From the NCBI GenBank assembly GCA_963702525.1, contig CAVPCY010000013.1:57616-121615 (forward strand): a DNA stretch of 64,000 nt, read 5' to 3'. Below are positions 14,456-24,623 of the stretch, piece by piece. Below the pieces are notes generated by a model. It did not search any database, was not told the origin of the DNA, and saw only the letters and a list, made by a program, of their open reading frames with translations. Source of the DNA: an uncultured Actinomycetes bacterium. GTDB taxonomy: Bacteria; Actinomycetota; Coriobacteriia; Anaerosomatales; PHET01. Made by a program: the position numbers and the translations under genes. Numbering within the stretch: position 1 is the first letter of the stretch; each line of letters begins with the position of its first letter.

Positions 14456-16525
14456 CTAGTGTCCCTCTGCGCGCTCCTTCAGGTACGTGTCGACGAGCTT
14501 CTTCTGCACGTCTCCGGGGACCTGCTCGTACCCTGTGATCGCGATCGTGTAGCTGCCGGTGCCGCTGGATAGCGCACGCAGGTGTGGCGAGTAGTGCACG
14601 ACCTCGGCGTATGGTGCCTGGGCCTTGATGAGCTGCACTCCTGCGTCGGGGGCGTCCATGCCGAGAACGCGACCGCGAATGGAGCTGATATCGCCCATGA
14701 CCGCGCCTGCGTAGGCGTCCGGCACCGTGATCTCGAGGGTGGCCATCGGCTCGAGGATCACGGCGTCAGCCTTCTCGGCGGCTGCGCGAAAGCCGATGCG
14801 CGCGGCGGTCTTGAACGCCATCTCGTTGCTGTCGACCGCGTGCATCGATCCGTCGTAGACCGCGACCTTGACGTCTTGTACCGGATAGCCCGCTATCGCA
14901 CCCGACGTCATCGTGTCCTGCACGCCCTTGTCGATCGCGACGATGTAGGGCTTGGAGATCTTGCCGCCCACGATCTCGTCCTTGAACTCGTACCCGCCGC
15001 CAGGGTTGGGTTCGAGACGCAGCCAGCAGTCGGCGAACTGTCCCGACCCGCCCGTCTGCTTCTTGTGGCGTCCTTGCGCGGTCGCGCTCTTGCGAATCGT
15101 CTCCCGGTACGGGATGCGCAACTCGGTGAGCTCGGCCTCGACGTGGAAGCGCTCGTGCAGCCGCGAGATCACCACGTCGACCGCAGTGTCACCCATCGCC
15201 GAGACGATCGTCTGGTGGGTCTCCTCGTCGCGCCGCAGCTGGAGCGCCGGGTCCTCATCGACGATGGACTTGAGCGCCGTGCCCAGCTTGTCCTCATCGG
15301 CCTTCGTCTTGGCCACGATGGCGACCGGGAACAGCGGCTCGGGTAGCGGAAGCGCATCGAAGGCGATCCCACCCTTTGCCGACAGCGTGTCGTTGGTGGC
15401 GGTATCGGTGAGCTTCGGAAGCACGGCGATGTCGCCCGCCGGGACGGCATCCACGTCTGCGGTCTCCTTGCCGGTCATCTTGAAGATGTGCGCGACGCGC
15501 TCCTTCTTGCCGGTACGGGAGTTCACCACCTCGGAGTTGGGCGTCAACGTGCCCGAGACGACCTTGATGAACGACATCCGGCCGACGTAGGGGTCCGAGA
15601 GGGTCTTGAACACGTGGCCGGAGAAGTCGCCCGTGCTCGAGAACGGGACCTCTGTGCCGTCGGTCGTGCGCATGGGGCCGTGTGCGGTGGGCTCGGGGAA
15701 GAACGTGACGATCTCGTCCATCAGGTCCTCGACGCCTTGGAGCTTGAGCGCCGAGCCCACGAACACCGGGATGACCTTGCTCTCCGCGATGGCGAGCCCG
15801 AGCAGTTTCTCGAGGTCCTCCTGTGTCAACGGTTCGCCCTCGAGGTACTTCATCATCAAGTCGTCGTCGACCTCGGCGGTCTTGTCGGCGAGCTGCTCGC
15901 GGGCGGCCTCGGCCGCATCGGCATACTCGGCCGGTATGTCCTCGGTGTGTTCGCCATCGTCCTCATGGCGATAGGCCTTCATGCGGATGATGTCGACGAC
16001 GCCGTGGAAGTCGGCCTCGGCGCCCATGGGGAGTTGTATCGGCACCACGCGGTCGCCGAACGTCGCGGTGAGCTTGGCGAGACACGCGTCGAAGTCGGCG
16101 TGCTCCTTGTCCATCCGGTTGATGAAGACGGCTCTGGCGATACCCATCTGCCCGGCGATCTTCCACAGGCGTTCCGTCTGGACCTGCGGACCGGCGACCG
16201 CGTCGACGACGAACAGCGCCATCTCGGCGGCCTCCATACCGGCGATCGCATCAGCAACGAAGTCGGCGTACCCGGGCGTGTCGATCACATTGATCTTCAC
16301 ACCATCGTGGACCACCGGTGCGAGCGAGAGGTTGAGAGAGAACGAGCGCTTCATCTCCTCGGGGTCGTAGTCGAGGGTCGAGTGACCCCCATCGACACTG
16401 CCGAGTCGTTTCGTGGCGCCGGACAGATGAAGCATCGCCTCCGCGAGCGAGGTCTTTCCCGCACCGCCGTGTCCGACTAGGACGACGTTGCGGACCTTGT
16501 CAGTGCTTGGTGCTCCCAAGTACAT
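14456..16525 (-). CDS. elongation factor G paralog (EF-G2/FusA2-like)
   Basis: 689 aa with a translational GTPase fold (VGHGGAGKTSL, DTPGYADF, NRMD) and EF-G domains II-V. An AAGGAGG SD precedes the ATG. Confidence 0.85.
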   Translation of the reverse strand: MYLGAPSTDKVRNVVLVGHGGAGKTSLAEAMLHLSGATKRLGSVDGGHSTLDYDPEEMKRSFSLNLSLAPVVHDGVKINVIDTPGYADFVADAIAGMEAAEMALFVVDAVAGPQVQTERLWKIAGQMGIARAVFINRMDKEHADFDACLAKLTATFGDRVVPIQLPMGAEADFHGVVDIIRMKAYRHEDDGEHTEDIPAEYADAAEAAREQLADKTAEVDDDLMMKYLEGEPLTQEDLEKLLGLAIAESKVIPVFVGSALKLQGVEDLMDEIVTFFPEPTAHGPMRTTDGTEVPFSSTGDFSGHVFKTLSDPYVGRMSFIKVVSGTLTPNSEVVNSRTGKKERVAHIFKMTGKETADVDAVPAGDIAVLPKLTDTATNDTLSAKGGIAFDALPLPEPLFPVAIVAKTKADEDKLGTALKSIVDEDPALQLRRDEETHQTIVSAMGDTAVDVVISRLHERFHVEAELTELRIPYRETIRKSATAQGRHKKQTGGSGQFADCWLRLEPNPGGGYEFKDEIVGGKISKPYIVAIDKGVQDTMTSGAIAGYPVQDVKVAVYDGSMHAVDSNEMAFKTAARIGFRAAAEKADAVILEPMATLEITVPDAYAGAVMGDISSIRGRVLGMDAPDAGVQLIKAQAPYAEVVHYSPHLRALSSGTGSYTIAITGYEQVPGDVQKKLVDTYLKERAEGH

Positions 16526-16654
16526 CGCCTCCTTGGTGAGTAACGCGCCACAACGTCGTGGCGCGCACGTAAGCGACGCGGGAAGGATGGCCCCACCCGC
16601 GGGTCCCTCTTCGCAGACAGTCTACCCCGAAAGCGCGGCCTCCGACGCACCTTC

Positions 16655-16683
16655 TTACCACTGCGGGCATCGGCTGGTAGAAT
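16655..16683 (+). promoter_or_regulatory. promoter candidate (TTACCA-17-TGGTAGAAT) for the PPIase gene
   Basis: -35 TTACCA at 16655-16660, a 17-nt spacer, then an extended -10 (TGG+TAGAAT) at 16675-16683. Confidence 0.5.
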
Positions 16684-16780
16684 GCCACGAGCGTTCCCGC
16701 ACATTCGGCGCCGCCTTGGCGCATCGAAGGAGGTTGCCTGCTCGTGAACGGCCGCACCACGTACGTTTCTCGCCGCACTC

Positions 16781-17452
16781 GTGGCTTTGCTGGTGGCAGG
16801 GGCGTTCGCCGTGAGCGGGTGTTCGTCGGCCGAGCAGCCTGCCACGACGAAGCCGGCCTCAGAGCAGCCAGCCGCCGACACCCAGCCCGTCGAGCAGCCC
16901 GCCACCAACTCGCAGGGGGAAACCTTGTATACGCCAGCCTACGTACCCAACGGAAACGAGACGGCCACCTTCAAGACCAGCAAGGGCGTGGTCGTCGTGA
17001 AGCTCTTCGGCAAGGACGCCCCGATCCACGTTGGCAACTTCGTCGAGCTTGTGCGCAAGGGCTTCTACGACAAGACAAAGTTCCACCGCTACGAGCCGGG
17101 CTTCGTGGTTCAGGGCGGCGATCCGCAGACGCAGTCGCTGACCTCCGAGCAAGTGGAGCAGGCGGTGAAGACCGGCAACCCGCCGCTTGGCACGGGTGGG
17201 CCGGGCTATGTGATCAAGGGCGAGTTCGACCCGTCCGTGAACCCGAACAAGCACGTCAAGGGCGCGCTCGGTATGGCGCGCACGAACGATCCGGACTCGG
17301 CGGGCTCCCAGTTCTACTTCGCGCTTGAGCCGCTCGCTGCGCTTGATGGGCAGTACACGGTGTTTGGAACCATCACCCAGGGCCAGGATGTCGCGGACCA
17401 GTTGCGCGTCGGCGATACCATCGAGTCGGTCACCATCGACAACGCGAACTAG
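16781..17452 (+). CDS. cyclophilin-type peptidyl-prolyl isomerase, probable lipoprotein
   Basis: Lipobox-like AVSGC near the N-terminus, plus the cyclophilin motif FHRYEPGFVVQGGDP...GALGMAR...SQFYF. The GTG at 16781 is the only in-frame start after the upstream stop. Confidence 0.85.
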   Translation: MALLVAGAFAVSGCSSAEQPATTKPASEQPAADTQPVEQPATNSQGETLYTPAYVPNGNETATFKTSKGVVVVKLFGKDAPIHVGNFVELVRKGFYDKTKFHRYEPGFVVQGGDPQTQSLTSEQVEQAVKTGNPPLGTGGPGYVIKGEFDPSVNPNKHVKGALGMARTNDPDSAGSQFYFALEPLAALDGQYTVFGTITQGQDVADQLRVGDTIESVTIDNAN

Positions 17453-17474
17453 GCGAACCGAGCAGATACGACCA

Positions 17475-18836
17475 GTGGACCAGTCGAAGTACCAAGAAGC
17501 ACAACATGCCTACGACACGGGCGACTTCCGCACTGCCGCGAAGTCGTTCTTGGCTTCGGCGGGCAAGGGCGCGGCCGGTAACGGCAGCGCCTATCACATG
17601 GCGGGCAACTCGCTCATGCGCCTGCGCCGGTATCAAGATGCGGTGACGGTCTACGGACACGCGCTCAGGGACGAGACCTACGACAAGCGCGGTTCTGTCG
17701 AGGCGAACCTGGGCGCCGCCTACGTCGCTTTGGGTGAGTACGCCGAGGCGGTCAAGGCCTACGAGGCCGCCATCGACGAGCCCGACTATCCGACGCCCTA
17801 CCGCGCCTACCAGGGGATGGCCGCCGCACTCGTGGAGCGGGGCAGGATCGAGGACGCTGCCGTCGCCTACCGCCGCGCGGCTCTCGACACGGCGAACCCG
17901 GATCCCGGCAAGGCGCTGGTCAACCTGGGGCTGTGCTTCATGGCACTGGGCAGACCTGAGGACGCCGTCGAGGCATATCAGGCTGCGTTGGGCTTCGATG
18001 ACTACCAGGGTCGGGGCAAGGCGCTCGCCAACATCGGCCAGGCGTATGCCGCGATGGGGGCGTACGACGAGGCGGTGCGCGCGTTCGAGAAGGCTACGCA
18101 GCTGCACGGCCACAAGCTGAACGCTGCTGCCCAGAAGGCCTACGATGACGCTCGTGCGGCGGCACGGCCGCCCGTGGAGACGGTGGAGGGCTGGGAGACC
18201 GGCGAGATCGGCATCGATCAGGCGCAGCCCACAGGATGGGACCAGGGCGAGCTGCAGGCACTCGCCGATGATGCCGTGTCGGATGCGGAGCCGGTGCGAG
18301 ACGAGTTGCGTGCGGAGCAGGCTGCCGCCGCGTTGGGGATGGGTGACGAAGAGGCCGTGACCGAATTCTTCGCGCTCACTGAGGACGAGATGCGGGCTCG
18401 GGATCGTGAGGCGCGTCGAGCCGATCGAGAGCAGAAGCGCTCCTCAGTCAGCTGGGTGAGGATCGCGATCGTGTCCGCCGTGGTGTTCGTGTTGTTCTCG
18501 GCGCTGTTCGGCGGGCTGTACTGGTTGGGGTTCGGCTGGCCCACTCAAGCAGCTGCCGTCAAGGGGCTGATCGCATCGTATGCCGAGGGACAGCCGGTGG
18601 AGCAGTACTGGGTCGCAGTCCCGGGCAAGGACGTTGCACGCGAGATGGCCAAGATCCCGCCGGTCAAGACGTTCTCTGTGGACTCCGTCGATCGCGGTCG
18701 TACGAGTTCGACGGCGTACGTCACCATCACGCCTGAGAAAGGCGCTCCACTGCGCTATACGATCACCCTGTCGCGCGAGGGCGTGGGGTGGAAAGTGACC
18801 GGTGTGGAGAACGATTGGCGTTCCACGGGCGGCTGA
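17475..18836 (+). CDS. TPR-repeat protein with a C-terminal TM segment and a small globular domain
   Basis: ORF 17325..18836 overlaps the PPIase gene, so the GTG at 17475 is the more likely start. Repeated A..Y..AL TPR-like units, and a TM segment IAIVSAVVFVLFSALFGGLYWLGF. Confidence 0.6.
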   Translation: MDQSKYQEAQHAYDTGDFRTAAKSFLASAGKGAAGNGSAYHMAGNSLMRLRRYQDAVTVYGHALRDETYDKRGSVEANLGAAYVALGEYAEAVKAYEAAIDEPDYPTPYRAYQGMAAALVERGRIEDAAVAYRRAALDTANPDPGKALVNLGLCFMALGRPEDAVEAYQAALGFDDYQGRGKALANIGQAYAAMGAYDEAVRAFEKATQLHGHKLNAAAQKAYDDARAAARPPVETVEGWETGEIGIDQAQPTGWDQGELQALADDAVSDAEPVRDELRAEQAAAALGMGDEEAVTEFFALTEDEMRARDREARRADREQKRSSVSWVRIAIVSAVVFVLFSALFGGLYWLGFGWPTQAAAVKGLIASYAEGQPVEQYWVAVPGKDVAREMAKIPPVKTFSVDSVDRGRTSSTAYVTITPEKGAPLRYTITLSREGVGWKVTGVENDWRSTGG

Positions 18837-18876
18837 TGCAGCCGCTCGTCTGTTGTCGGCGATGGAAGGAACACGA

Positions 18877-19281
18877 GTGGAACAGAGCACATACCTGATG
18901 ATCAAGCCGGATGCCGTCGCCCGCGGCCTCGTGGGGCGCATCATCGGGCGCTTCGAGGATGCCGGTCTCAGGCTTGAACGCCTCGAGTACGGGATGGTCA
19001 CGCCTCAGCAGGCTGCGGCGAACTACGCGGAGCATGAGGGCAAGCCGTTCTATGAGGGACTGGTCGCCTACATCACCTCCGGGCCTGTCGTGAAGATGGT
19101 CGTGAGCGGCCCCAACGCAGTCGCCGTGTGTCGCAAGCTCATGGGTGTCACGAATCCTGCCGACGCTGCGCCGGGAACCATCCGCGGTGACTTCGGCCTG
19201 ATCATGGACGCGAACGTGATCCACGGGTCGGATTCGCCCGAATCCGCCGAGCGCGAGATCGCCATCTTCTTCGGCGACTGA
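18877..19281 (+). CDS. ndk: nucleoside-diphosphate kinase
   Basis: Motifs TYLMIKPDAV, NVIHGSDS, AEREIAIFF. The GTG at 18877 follows GGAAGGA. The ORF-track start at 18802 is probably too far upstream. Confidence 0.9.
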   Translation: MEQSTYLMIKPDAVARGLVGRIIGRFEDAGLRLERLEYGMVTPQQAAANYAEHEGKPFYEGLVAYITSGPVVKMVVSGPNAVAVCRKLMGVTNPADAAPGTIRGDFGLIMDANVIHGSDSPESAEREIAIFFGD

Positions 19282-19323
19282 TTGCCGAGAGCGTCGAGCG
19301 CTGGTTCGCATCGGTCACCATAG

Positions 19324-19356
19324 GGGCCGTCGCACTCAAGGTGCGGCGGCCCTTCG
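19324..19356 (+). terminator. terminator after ndk
   Basis: A 12-bp stem (GGGCCGTCGCAC / GTGCGGCGGCCC, one G-U pair) with loop TCAAG, then TTCG. Confidence 0.55.
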
Positions 19357-19445
19357 TGACCCCCTTGGCAAGTGCGAAGTAAGCCGTAGGCAACCGCCGT
19401 CGTGACAGGGTGGCTCAAGTCACCGATCGACGAGGAGCGAACACG

Positions 19446-20108
19446 ATGGAGCCCACGTACCCTCGAAGCGGCGAATGTCCCCGCGAGCTGCTGCTGCAGG
19501 GCCAGACTCAGTCACTGACCGACGAGGCGCTTCTTTCCGTGCTGGTTGGAGAGACAGGGGCAGCCGGCGTGGGCCGCCTGCTGAGACATCAGCCTGTCGC
19601 GCAGGGTCTTTGGCGGATGGATGCCGAGGAGCTGATCTCCTTGGAAGGGGTCGGGCCCGCACGCGCGGCGAGGATACTGGCCGTGCTGGAGATGAGCCGC
19701 AGGGCGTCGGGGCCGTGTGAGGATAGGCGACCCACGATCTCCACTCCGGACGATGTCGCCGCCCTGTGCTCGCCTCACCTGAGGGGGCTCGATCGCGAGC
19801 ACTTCTGGACCCTCGCTCTCAACACCAAGAACAGGCTTCTGCGCGTCATCGAGGTGTCCGTTGGGTCGCTCAATGCCTCGATCGTGCACCCGCGAGAGCT
19901 GTTCAAGGATGCGGTGCGCGTCTCGGCGGCCTCGGTCGTCGTGGTCCACAACCACCCGAGCGGCGATCCCACTCCCAGCGGAGCCGACATCCAGCTCACC
20001 CGTCGGCTCGTGAAGGCGGGGGACGTGCTGGGGGTCGAGGTCCTCGACCACGTGGTGCTGGGAGACGGGGGCGCCCACGCCAGCCTGCGTGACCTCGGGC
20101 TGATGTGA
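19446..20108 (+). CDS. radC: RadC-family JAB/MPN domain protein
   Basis: The ATG at 19446 follows GAGGAG. The JAMM motif [18 protein letters not shown] is present. Confidence 0.85.
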   Translation: MEPTYPRSGECPRELLLQGQTQSLTDEALLSVLVGETGAAGVGRLLRHQPVAQGLWRMDAEELISLEGVGPARAARILAVLEMSRRASGPCEDRRPTISTPDDVAALCSPHLRGLDREHFWTLALNTKNRLLRVIEVSVGSLNASIVHPRELFKDAVRVSAASVVVVHNHPSGDPTPSGADIQLTRRLVKAGDVLGVEVLDHVVLGDGGAHASLRDLGLM

Positions 20109-20177
20109 GGCGAGGGCACCGCCACTGCCAGTGGGTTTGCTTTGCGCTGTGCTAGACTGCAGGGCGCATTGCGAACG

Positions 20178-20212
20178 ACCGACCCGGCCACCACAGGTCA
20201 AGGGTCGGTTTT
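20178..20212 (+). terminator. terminator-like hairpin between radC and mreB
   Basis: An 8-bp stem (ACCGACCC / GGGTCGGT) with a 16-nt loop, followed by TTTGG. It lies downstream of a TGCTAGACT -10-like element at 20150-20158. Confidence 0.45.
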
Positions 20213-20280
20213 GGCATGCGGCGCCTGTGCCGGCGGCAGCGCCGGGGCATCAGGCCGCGCCGAAGGGAGAGACTGCGACT

Positions 20281-21321
20281 GTGTCGCTCGTAGATATGTT
20301 CTTCAACTCGTGGGGCGGCGACATGGCCGTGGACCTGGGCACAGCGAACACGCTCGTGTCGGTTCGCGGGCGCGGAATCGTGCTCATCGAGCCTTCTGTC
20401 GTCGCTGTAGAGCGCGACACGAAACGCGTGCTTGCCGTGGGTATCGACGCCAAGCGGATGCTCGGCCGCACACCCGGTAGCATCGTGGCCATCCGACCGC
20501 TCAAAGACGGGGTCATCGCCGACTTCGAGGTGACGGAGGCGATGCTTCGGTACTTCATCAACAAGACGCGCGTGAAGCGCTTCCCCTGGCAGCCAAAGCC
20601 GCGCGTGGTCGTGTGCGTACCCTCGGGGGTCACCGAGGTTGAGAAGCGCGCTGTGTTCGAGGCCACCATGCAGGCGGGCGCGCGCCAGGCGTTTCTGATC
20701 GAGGAGCCCATGGCCGCGGCGATCGGCGCGGGGCTGCCGATCCAGGAGCCGACCGGGTCGATGGTCGTCGATATCGGCGGCGGCACGACCGAGGTCGCGG
20801 TCATATCGCTCGGCGGTATCGTCGTGGCGCAGTCGATCCGAATCGCCGGCGACGAGTTCGACGACGCTGTCATCGCGTACGTCAAGCGTGTCTACAACGT
20901 GCTGATCGGCGAGCGCACCGCCGAGGAGATCAAGTTCGAGATCGGTAGCGCATGGCCACTGCTCGAAGAGGTCGACGTGGAGGTTCGCGGGCGTGACCTG
21001 CTCACCGGTCTGCCACGCACCGTCGCGATGGAGTCCGAGGAGATTCGAGAAGCGCTCGAAGAGCCCACGCTTGCAATCATCGCTGCAGTCAAGGGAACAC
21101 TCGAGCAGACTCCGCCCGAGCTCGCGAGCGACCTGATGGAGTATGGCATCGTGCTGACGGGCGGCGGAGCGCTCCTGCGCGGGCTCGACGAGCGGCTCCG
21201 GCACGAGACCGGGATGCCCGTGCACGTCTCAGAGAGCGCGCTCACGAACGTGGTCGACGGCTCCGCGCAGGCGCTTGAGGAGATAGACGCGCTCAAGAAG
21301 GTGCTGCAGGGTGGGCGCTAG
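20281..21321 (+). CDS. mreB: rod shape-determining protein MreB
   Basis: Motifs [13 protein letters not shown] and [18 protein letters not shown]. The GTG at 20281 follows GAAGGGAGAG. Confidence 0.93.
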   Translation: MSLVDMFFNSWGGDMAVDLGTANTLVSVRGRGIVLIEPSVVAVERDTKRVLAVGIDAKRMLGRTPGSIVAIRPLKDGVIADFEVTEAMLRYFINKTRVKRFPWQPKPRVVVCVPSGVTEVEKRAVFEATMQAGARQAFLIEEPMAAAIGAGLPIQEPTGSMVVDIGGGTTEVAVISLGGIVVAQSIRIAGDEFDDAVIAYVKRVYNVLIGERTAEEIKFEIGSAWPLLEEVDVEVRGRDLLTGLPRTVAMESEEIREALEEPTLAIIAAVKGTLEQTPPELASDLMEYGIVLTGGGALLRGLDERLRHETGMPVHVSESALTNVVDGSAQALEEIDALKKVLQGGR

Positions 21322-21336
21322 CCCACCTGTGAGGCC

Positions 21337-22194
21337 ATGAAGATCCAGAAGACCGAGACACCAGGACCGAGGCCCGGCTGGCTCATCCTGTTCGTGGCGC
21401 TCTCGATAGTGCTCATCACCGCGTGGTACCGAGAGGGAAGCACGGGCCCGTTGCACCGGGTCAAGATCGGCATGCAGGCCGCTACGGCGCCTGTCCAGGC
21501 AGGCGGGGAACTGCTTACGCGCCCTGTCCGTGGACTGTTCGCCTGGGCTGGCGACCTGGGTGTCACGAGAAGCCAGCTCGAGGAGCTTCGCAAACAGAAC
21601 CAGTCCCTTCGGGTTCGGGTCGCCGAGCTTGAGGAGGCGCGGTTGGAGAACGAACGGCTTCGCGCGCTCGTCGATCTGCCGATGGCCGGGGAGCTGAAGT
21701 CGGCCGCCGCGCACGTCATCGGACGTCCATCCAACTCGTGGGACGGTGTCATCGTGATAGACCGAGGATCCGCCGATGGCATTCGGAGCGGGATGCCGGT
21801 CATCGGTCCCCAGGGCCTTCTCGGCCAGACCGTGACTGTTGCGCCCGGCAGCTCCAAGGTCCGACTCATCACCGACCAGCGAAGCGGTGTGGCGGCGATG
21901 ATCCAGCGCACTCGCGCTGAGGGAGTCGTTCGTGGCAACCTCGACGGGCGTCTGACGCTGGACTTCGTGAGTATGGACACGCCGGTCAAGGAGGGCGATG
22001 TGGTGATCACGTCGGGCATCGGCGGCGTCTACCCGAAGGGGCTTCCTATCGGTGAGGTCAGCGAAGTCAAGCGGGAACCAAACGCGCTCTACCAGTCGAT
22101 TCGCGTTCAGCCGGCCAGCGATCCCTCCGGGCTGGAAGAGGTGCTGGTGATCGTGGGTGCGCCCGCTTCGGCCGAGCCACAGGGAGGCGAGTGA
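21337..22194 (+). CDS. mreC: rod shape-determining protein MreC
   Basis: It follows mreB. It has an N-terminal TM segment, a coiled coil (LEELRKQNQSLRVRVAELEEARLENERL) and a beta-rich C-terminal domain (VITSGIGGVYPKGLPIG). Confidence 0.88.
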   Translation: MKIQKTETPGPRPGWLILFVALSIVLITAWYREGSTGPLHRVKIGMQAATAPVQAGGELLTRPVRGLFAWAGDLGVTRSQLEELRKQNQSLRVRVAELEEARLENERLRALVDLPMAGELKSAAAHVIGRPSNSWDGVIVIDRGSADGIRSGMPVIGPQGLLGQTVTVAPGSSKVRLITDQRSGVAAMIQRTRAEGVVRGNLDGRLTLDFVSMDTPVKEGDVVITSGIGGVYPKGLPIGEVSEVKREPNALYQSIRVQPASDPSGLEEVLVIVGAPASAEPQGGE

Positions 22195-22706
22195 TGCGAC
22201 GCGCGGTCCCTGCGATAGCGGCGGTGCTCGTCGCGACCCTGCTCCAAGTCGGCCTGGCTCCCTACATGAGTATCGGGGGTGTGACCCCGAACTTCCTGCT
22301 GCTGGTAGTCGTGACTCTCGCCTTGACCACCGGCCCCACCGAGGGTGCGGTTGCCGGCTTTGCGGCCGGCCTGCTATTCGACATGGTCAGCACCGGCCCG
22401 TTGGGACCGATGGCGCTCGTGCTCGCGGCGACCGGGTACTTCGCCGGGCTGCTCCATGAACAGATGTTCGCCGAGGGATGGCTGCTGCCCATCACGGTAC
22501 TGGCGATCGCGGCGCTTTCCGCCGAGGTAGCCTATGGTCTGTTGCTCACTTTGCTTGGCGAAGGCGGACCGTTCTGGGAGAGCTTCTTCACAAAGATGCT
22601 GCCGGCAGCGGTGTACAATACGGTCCTGGCCTTGCTCATCTACCCTTGGTTGGCTCGCTTCTTGCGCCACGAGCGGCCCATGAAGACCTTCAGACGGCTG
22701 GCGTAG
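22191..22706 (+). CDS. mreD: rod shape-determining protein MreD
   Basis: It overlaps the mreC stop (GTGATG). The protein is a small polytopic membrane protein. The ATG at 22194 is an equally good start. Confidence 0.8.
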   Translation: MMRRAVPAIAAVLVATLLQVGLAPYMSIGGVTPNFLLLVVVTLALTTGPTEGAVAGFAAGLLFDMVSTGPLGPMALVLAATGYFAGLLHEQMFAEGWLLPITVLAIAALSAEVAYGLLLTLLGEGGPFWESFFTKMLPAAVYNTVLALLIYPWLARFLRHERPMKTFRRLA

Positions 22707-22766
22707 AACACGTGTGCCGTATCCGCTGTGGCCTGACGAGCGCAGTGACGACCCAATCGGACACAG

Positions 22767-24623
22767 ATGCCCAACTTCCGCCAGAGACTCAAGCCTCGCT
22801 TCGCCGTGCTCGCCGGCGTCGTCGTCGGCGTCTTGGGTCTGCTGCTGCTTCGACTGTGGACCATGCAGGTCCTCAGCGGCGATGCCTATGCGGCACAAGC
22901 GGTCGAGAATCGGGTACGTGAGATAACCACGGTAGCTCCGCGGGGTCGGATACTTGACCGCAGGGGTCGAGAGCTCGTCACCAACCGCGCGACACTTGCT
23001 GTAGTGGTGGCGCCCTCGGCCAAGGGTGACACGGAGATGCTCACGCGTCTTTCGTCGCTGCTTGACGTTCCGCTCCCCGAGATCCAGGAGCGGGTCAACA
23101 GCGTCAAGGAGGCGGCGCTTGCACCTCGAATCGTGGCCATCGACGTTCCACTCGGCACCGTGGCCTACCTCGCCGAGCACGAGAGCGAGTTCCCCGGTGT
23201 GGAGATCCAGACCCGCGCCATCCGCCAGTATCCGCAAGGCGCGGTAGCGGCGCACGTTCTGGGTTACGCGGGCGAGATAGCCGATGCCGAGCTGGGTGAG
23301 CCGGACTTCAAGGACTACGACCCCACCGACTTCGTTGGCAAGGCAGGGGCCGAGAGGGCGTTCGAGAAGGTGCTCCAAGGCGATCGCGGGCGCAAGGTGC
23401 TCGAGGTTGACGCGTCGGGGCGCCCGAAGCGCGTCATCAGCGAGACGGAGCCGGAATCGGGCCGCGATGTGGTGCTGACTATCGACAGCCGAGTGCAGCG
23501 CGTCACCGAACGTGCGCTACGCCAGGCGATGGTGGATGCTCACAAGGATGACTACCCGAAGGCACGGGCAGGGGCCGCGGTCGCGCTCGACGTGCGCACT
23601 GGAGAGGTCCTGGCGCTTGCGAGCTTGCCGACGTACGACCCCTCGGTCTTTCTCGGCGGAGTGTCGAAGAAGCAGTGGCGCTCGCTGACGACCACTTCTT
23701 CGGAGTTCCCGCTCACCAATCGCGCGCTGATGGCGCAGTATCCGCCGGCGTCGACGTTCAAGGCCTTCACAGGGCTCGCCGGCCTGCAATACCGCGTCAC
23801 CAGCCCATGGAAGACCTACCACTGTGCCGGTCGGTGGAAAGGCATGGGCAAGCAATGGGCGAAGTGGTGCTGGCTGCACTCCGGCCATGGGACCGTGACG
23901 TTCATGGACGGCATCCAGGACTCCTGCGACACGGTGTTCTACGAGATCGGCTACGCGTTCTACAAGCGCAAGGGCGAGAAGTTGCAGCAGTTCGTTCGCA
24001 GCTTCGGATACGGGTCCCAGACCGGGATAGAGTTGCCGGGTGAGGCTGACGGCCGTGTCCCTGATGCCGCTTGGAAGAAGGCGTACAACGAGGACTACCC
24101 CGAGTACCAGCGGTGGCTTCCGGGCGACACCGTGAACATGGCGATCGGCCAAGGCGACTTGCTCGTGACCCCACTCCAGGTGGCGGCGACATACGGCGGA
24201 ATCGCGAACGACGGCAAGGTCATGCGACCGCACGTGCTCAAGAAGGTGCTCGGTGGCGACGGCACGTCAGTGCTCGAACAGGGGCGTGAGGTCGCATTTG
24301 CGCCGAAGGTGTCGAAGCGCAACATAAAGGCCATGCAGACGGCGCTGCGCAACGTGACAGAGCAAGGCACCGGCGCTGCGGCGTTTCGGGGCTTCTCCAC
24401 GCCAGTGGCGGGCAAGACGGGTACCGCGCAAGTGGCCGGCAAGGATGACTACGCGTGGTTCGTCGGATACGCGCCGGCGAGCGATCCTCGCTACGTGGTG
24501 GCGGTCGTCATCGAGCAGGGTGGCCACGGCGGCTCGGTCGCGGCGCCGGCTGCTCGGCAGATCCTTGCGGCGTTGCTCGGCAAGAGGATCGAACACGTGA
24601 CCGCATCGGATTCATCTCGATGA
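22767..24623 (+). CDS. mrdA: penicillin-binding protein 2 (elongasome transpeptidase)
   Basis: N-terminal TM segment, PBP dimerisation domain, and transpeptidase motifs STFK, SCD and KTGTA. Confidence 0.9.
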   Translation: MPNFRQRLKPRFAVLAGVVVGVLGLLLLRLWTMQVLSGDAYAAQAVENRVREITTVAPRGRILDRRGRELVTNRATLAVVVAPSAKGDTEMLTRLSSLLDVPLPEIQERVNSVKEAALAPRIVAIDVPLGTVAYLAEHESEFPGVEIQTRAIRQYPQGAVAAHVLGYAGEIADAELGEPDFKDYDPTDFVGKAGAERAFEKVLQGDRGRKVLEVDASGRPKRVISETEPESGRDVVLTIDSRVQRVTERALRQAMVDAHKDDYPKARAGAAVALDVRTGEVLALASLPTYDPSVFLGGVSKKQWRSLTTTSSEFPLTNRALMAQYPPASTFKAFTGLAGLQYRVTSPWKTYHCAGRWKGMGKQWAKWCWLHSGHGTVTFMDGIQDSCDTVFYEIGYAFYKRKGEKLQQFVRSFGYGSQTGIELPGEADGRVPDAAWKKAYNEDYPEYQRWLPGDTVNMAIGQGDLLVTPLQVAATYGGIANDGKVMRPHVLKKVLGGDGTSVLEQGREVAFAPKVSKRNIKAMQTALRNVTEQGTGAAAFRGFSTPVAGKTGTAQVAGKDDYAWFVGYAPASDPRYVVAVVIEQGGHGGSVAAPAARQILAALLGKRIEHVTASDSSR

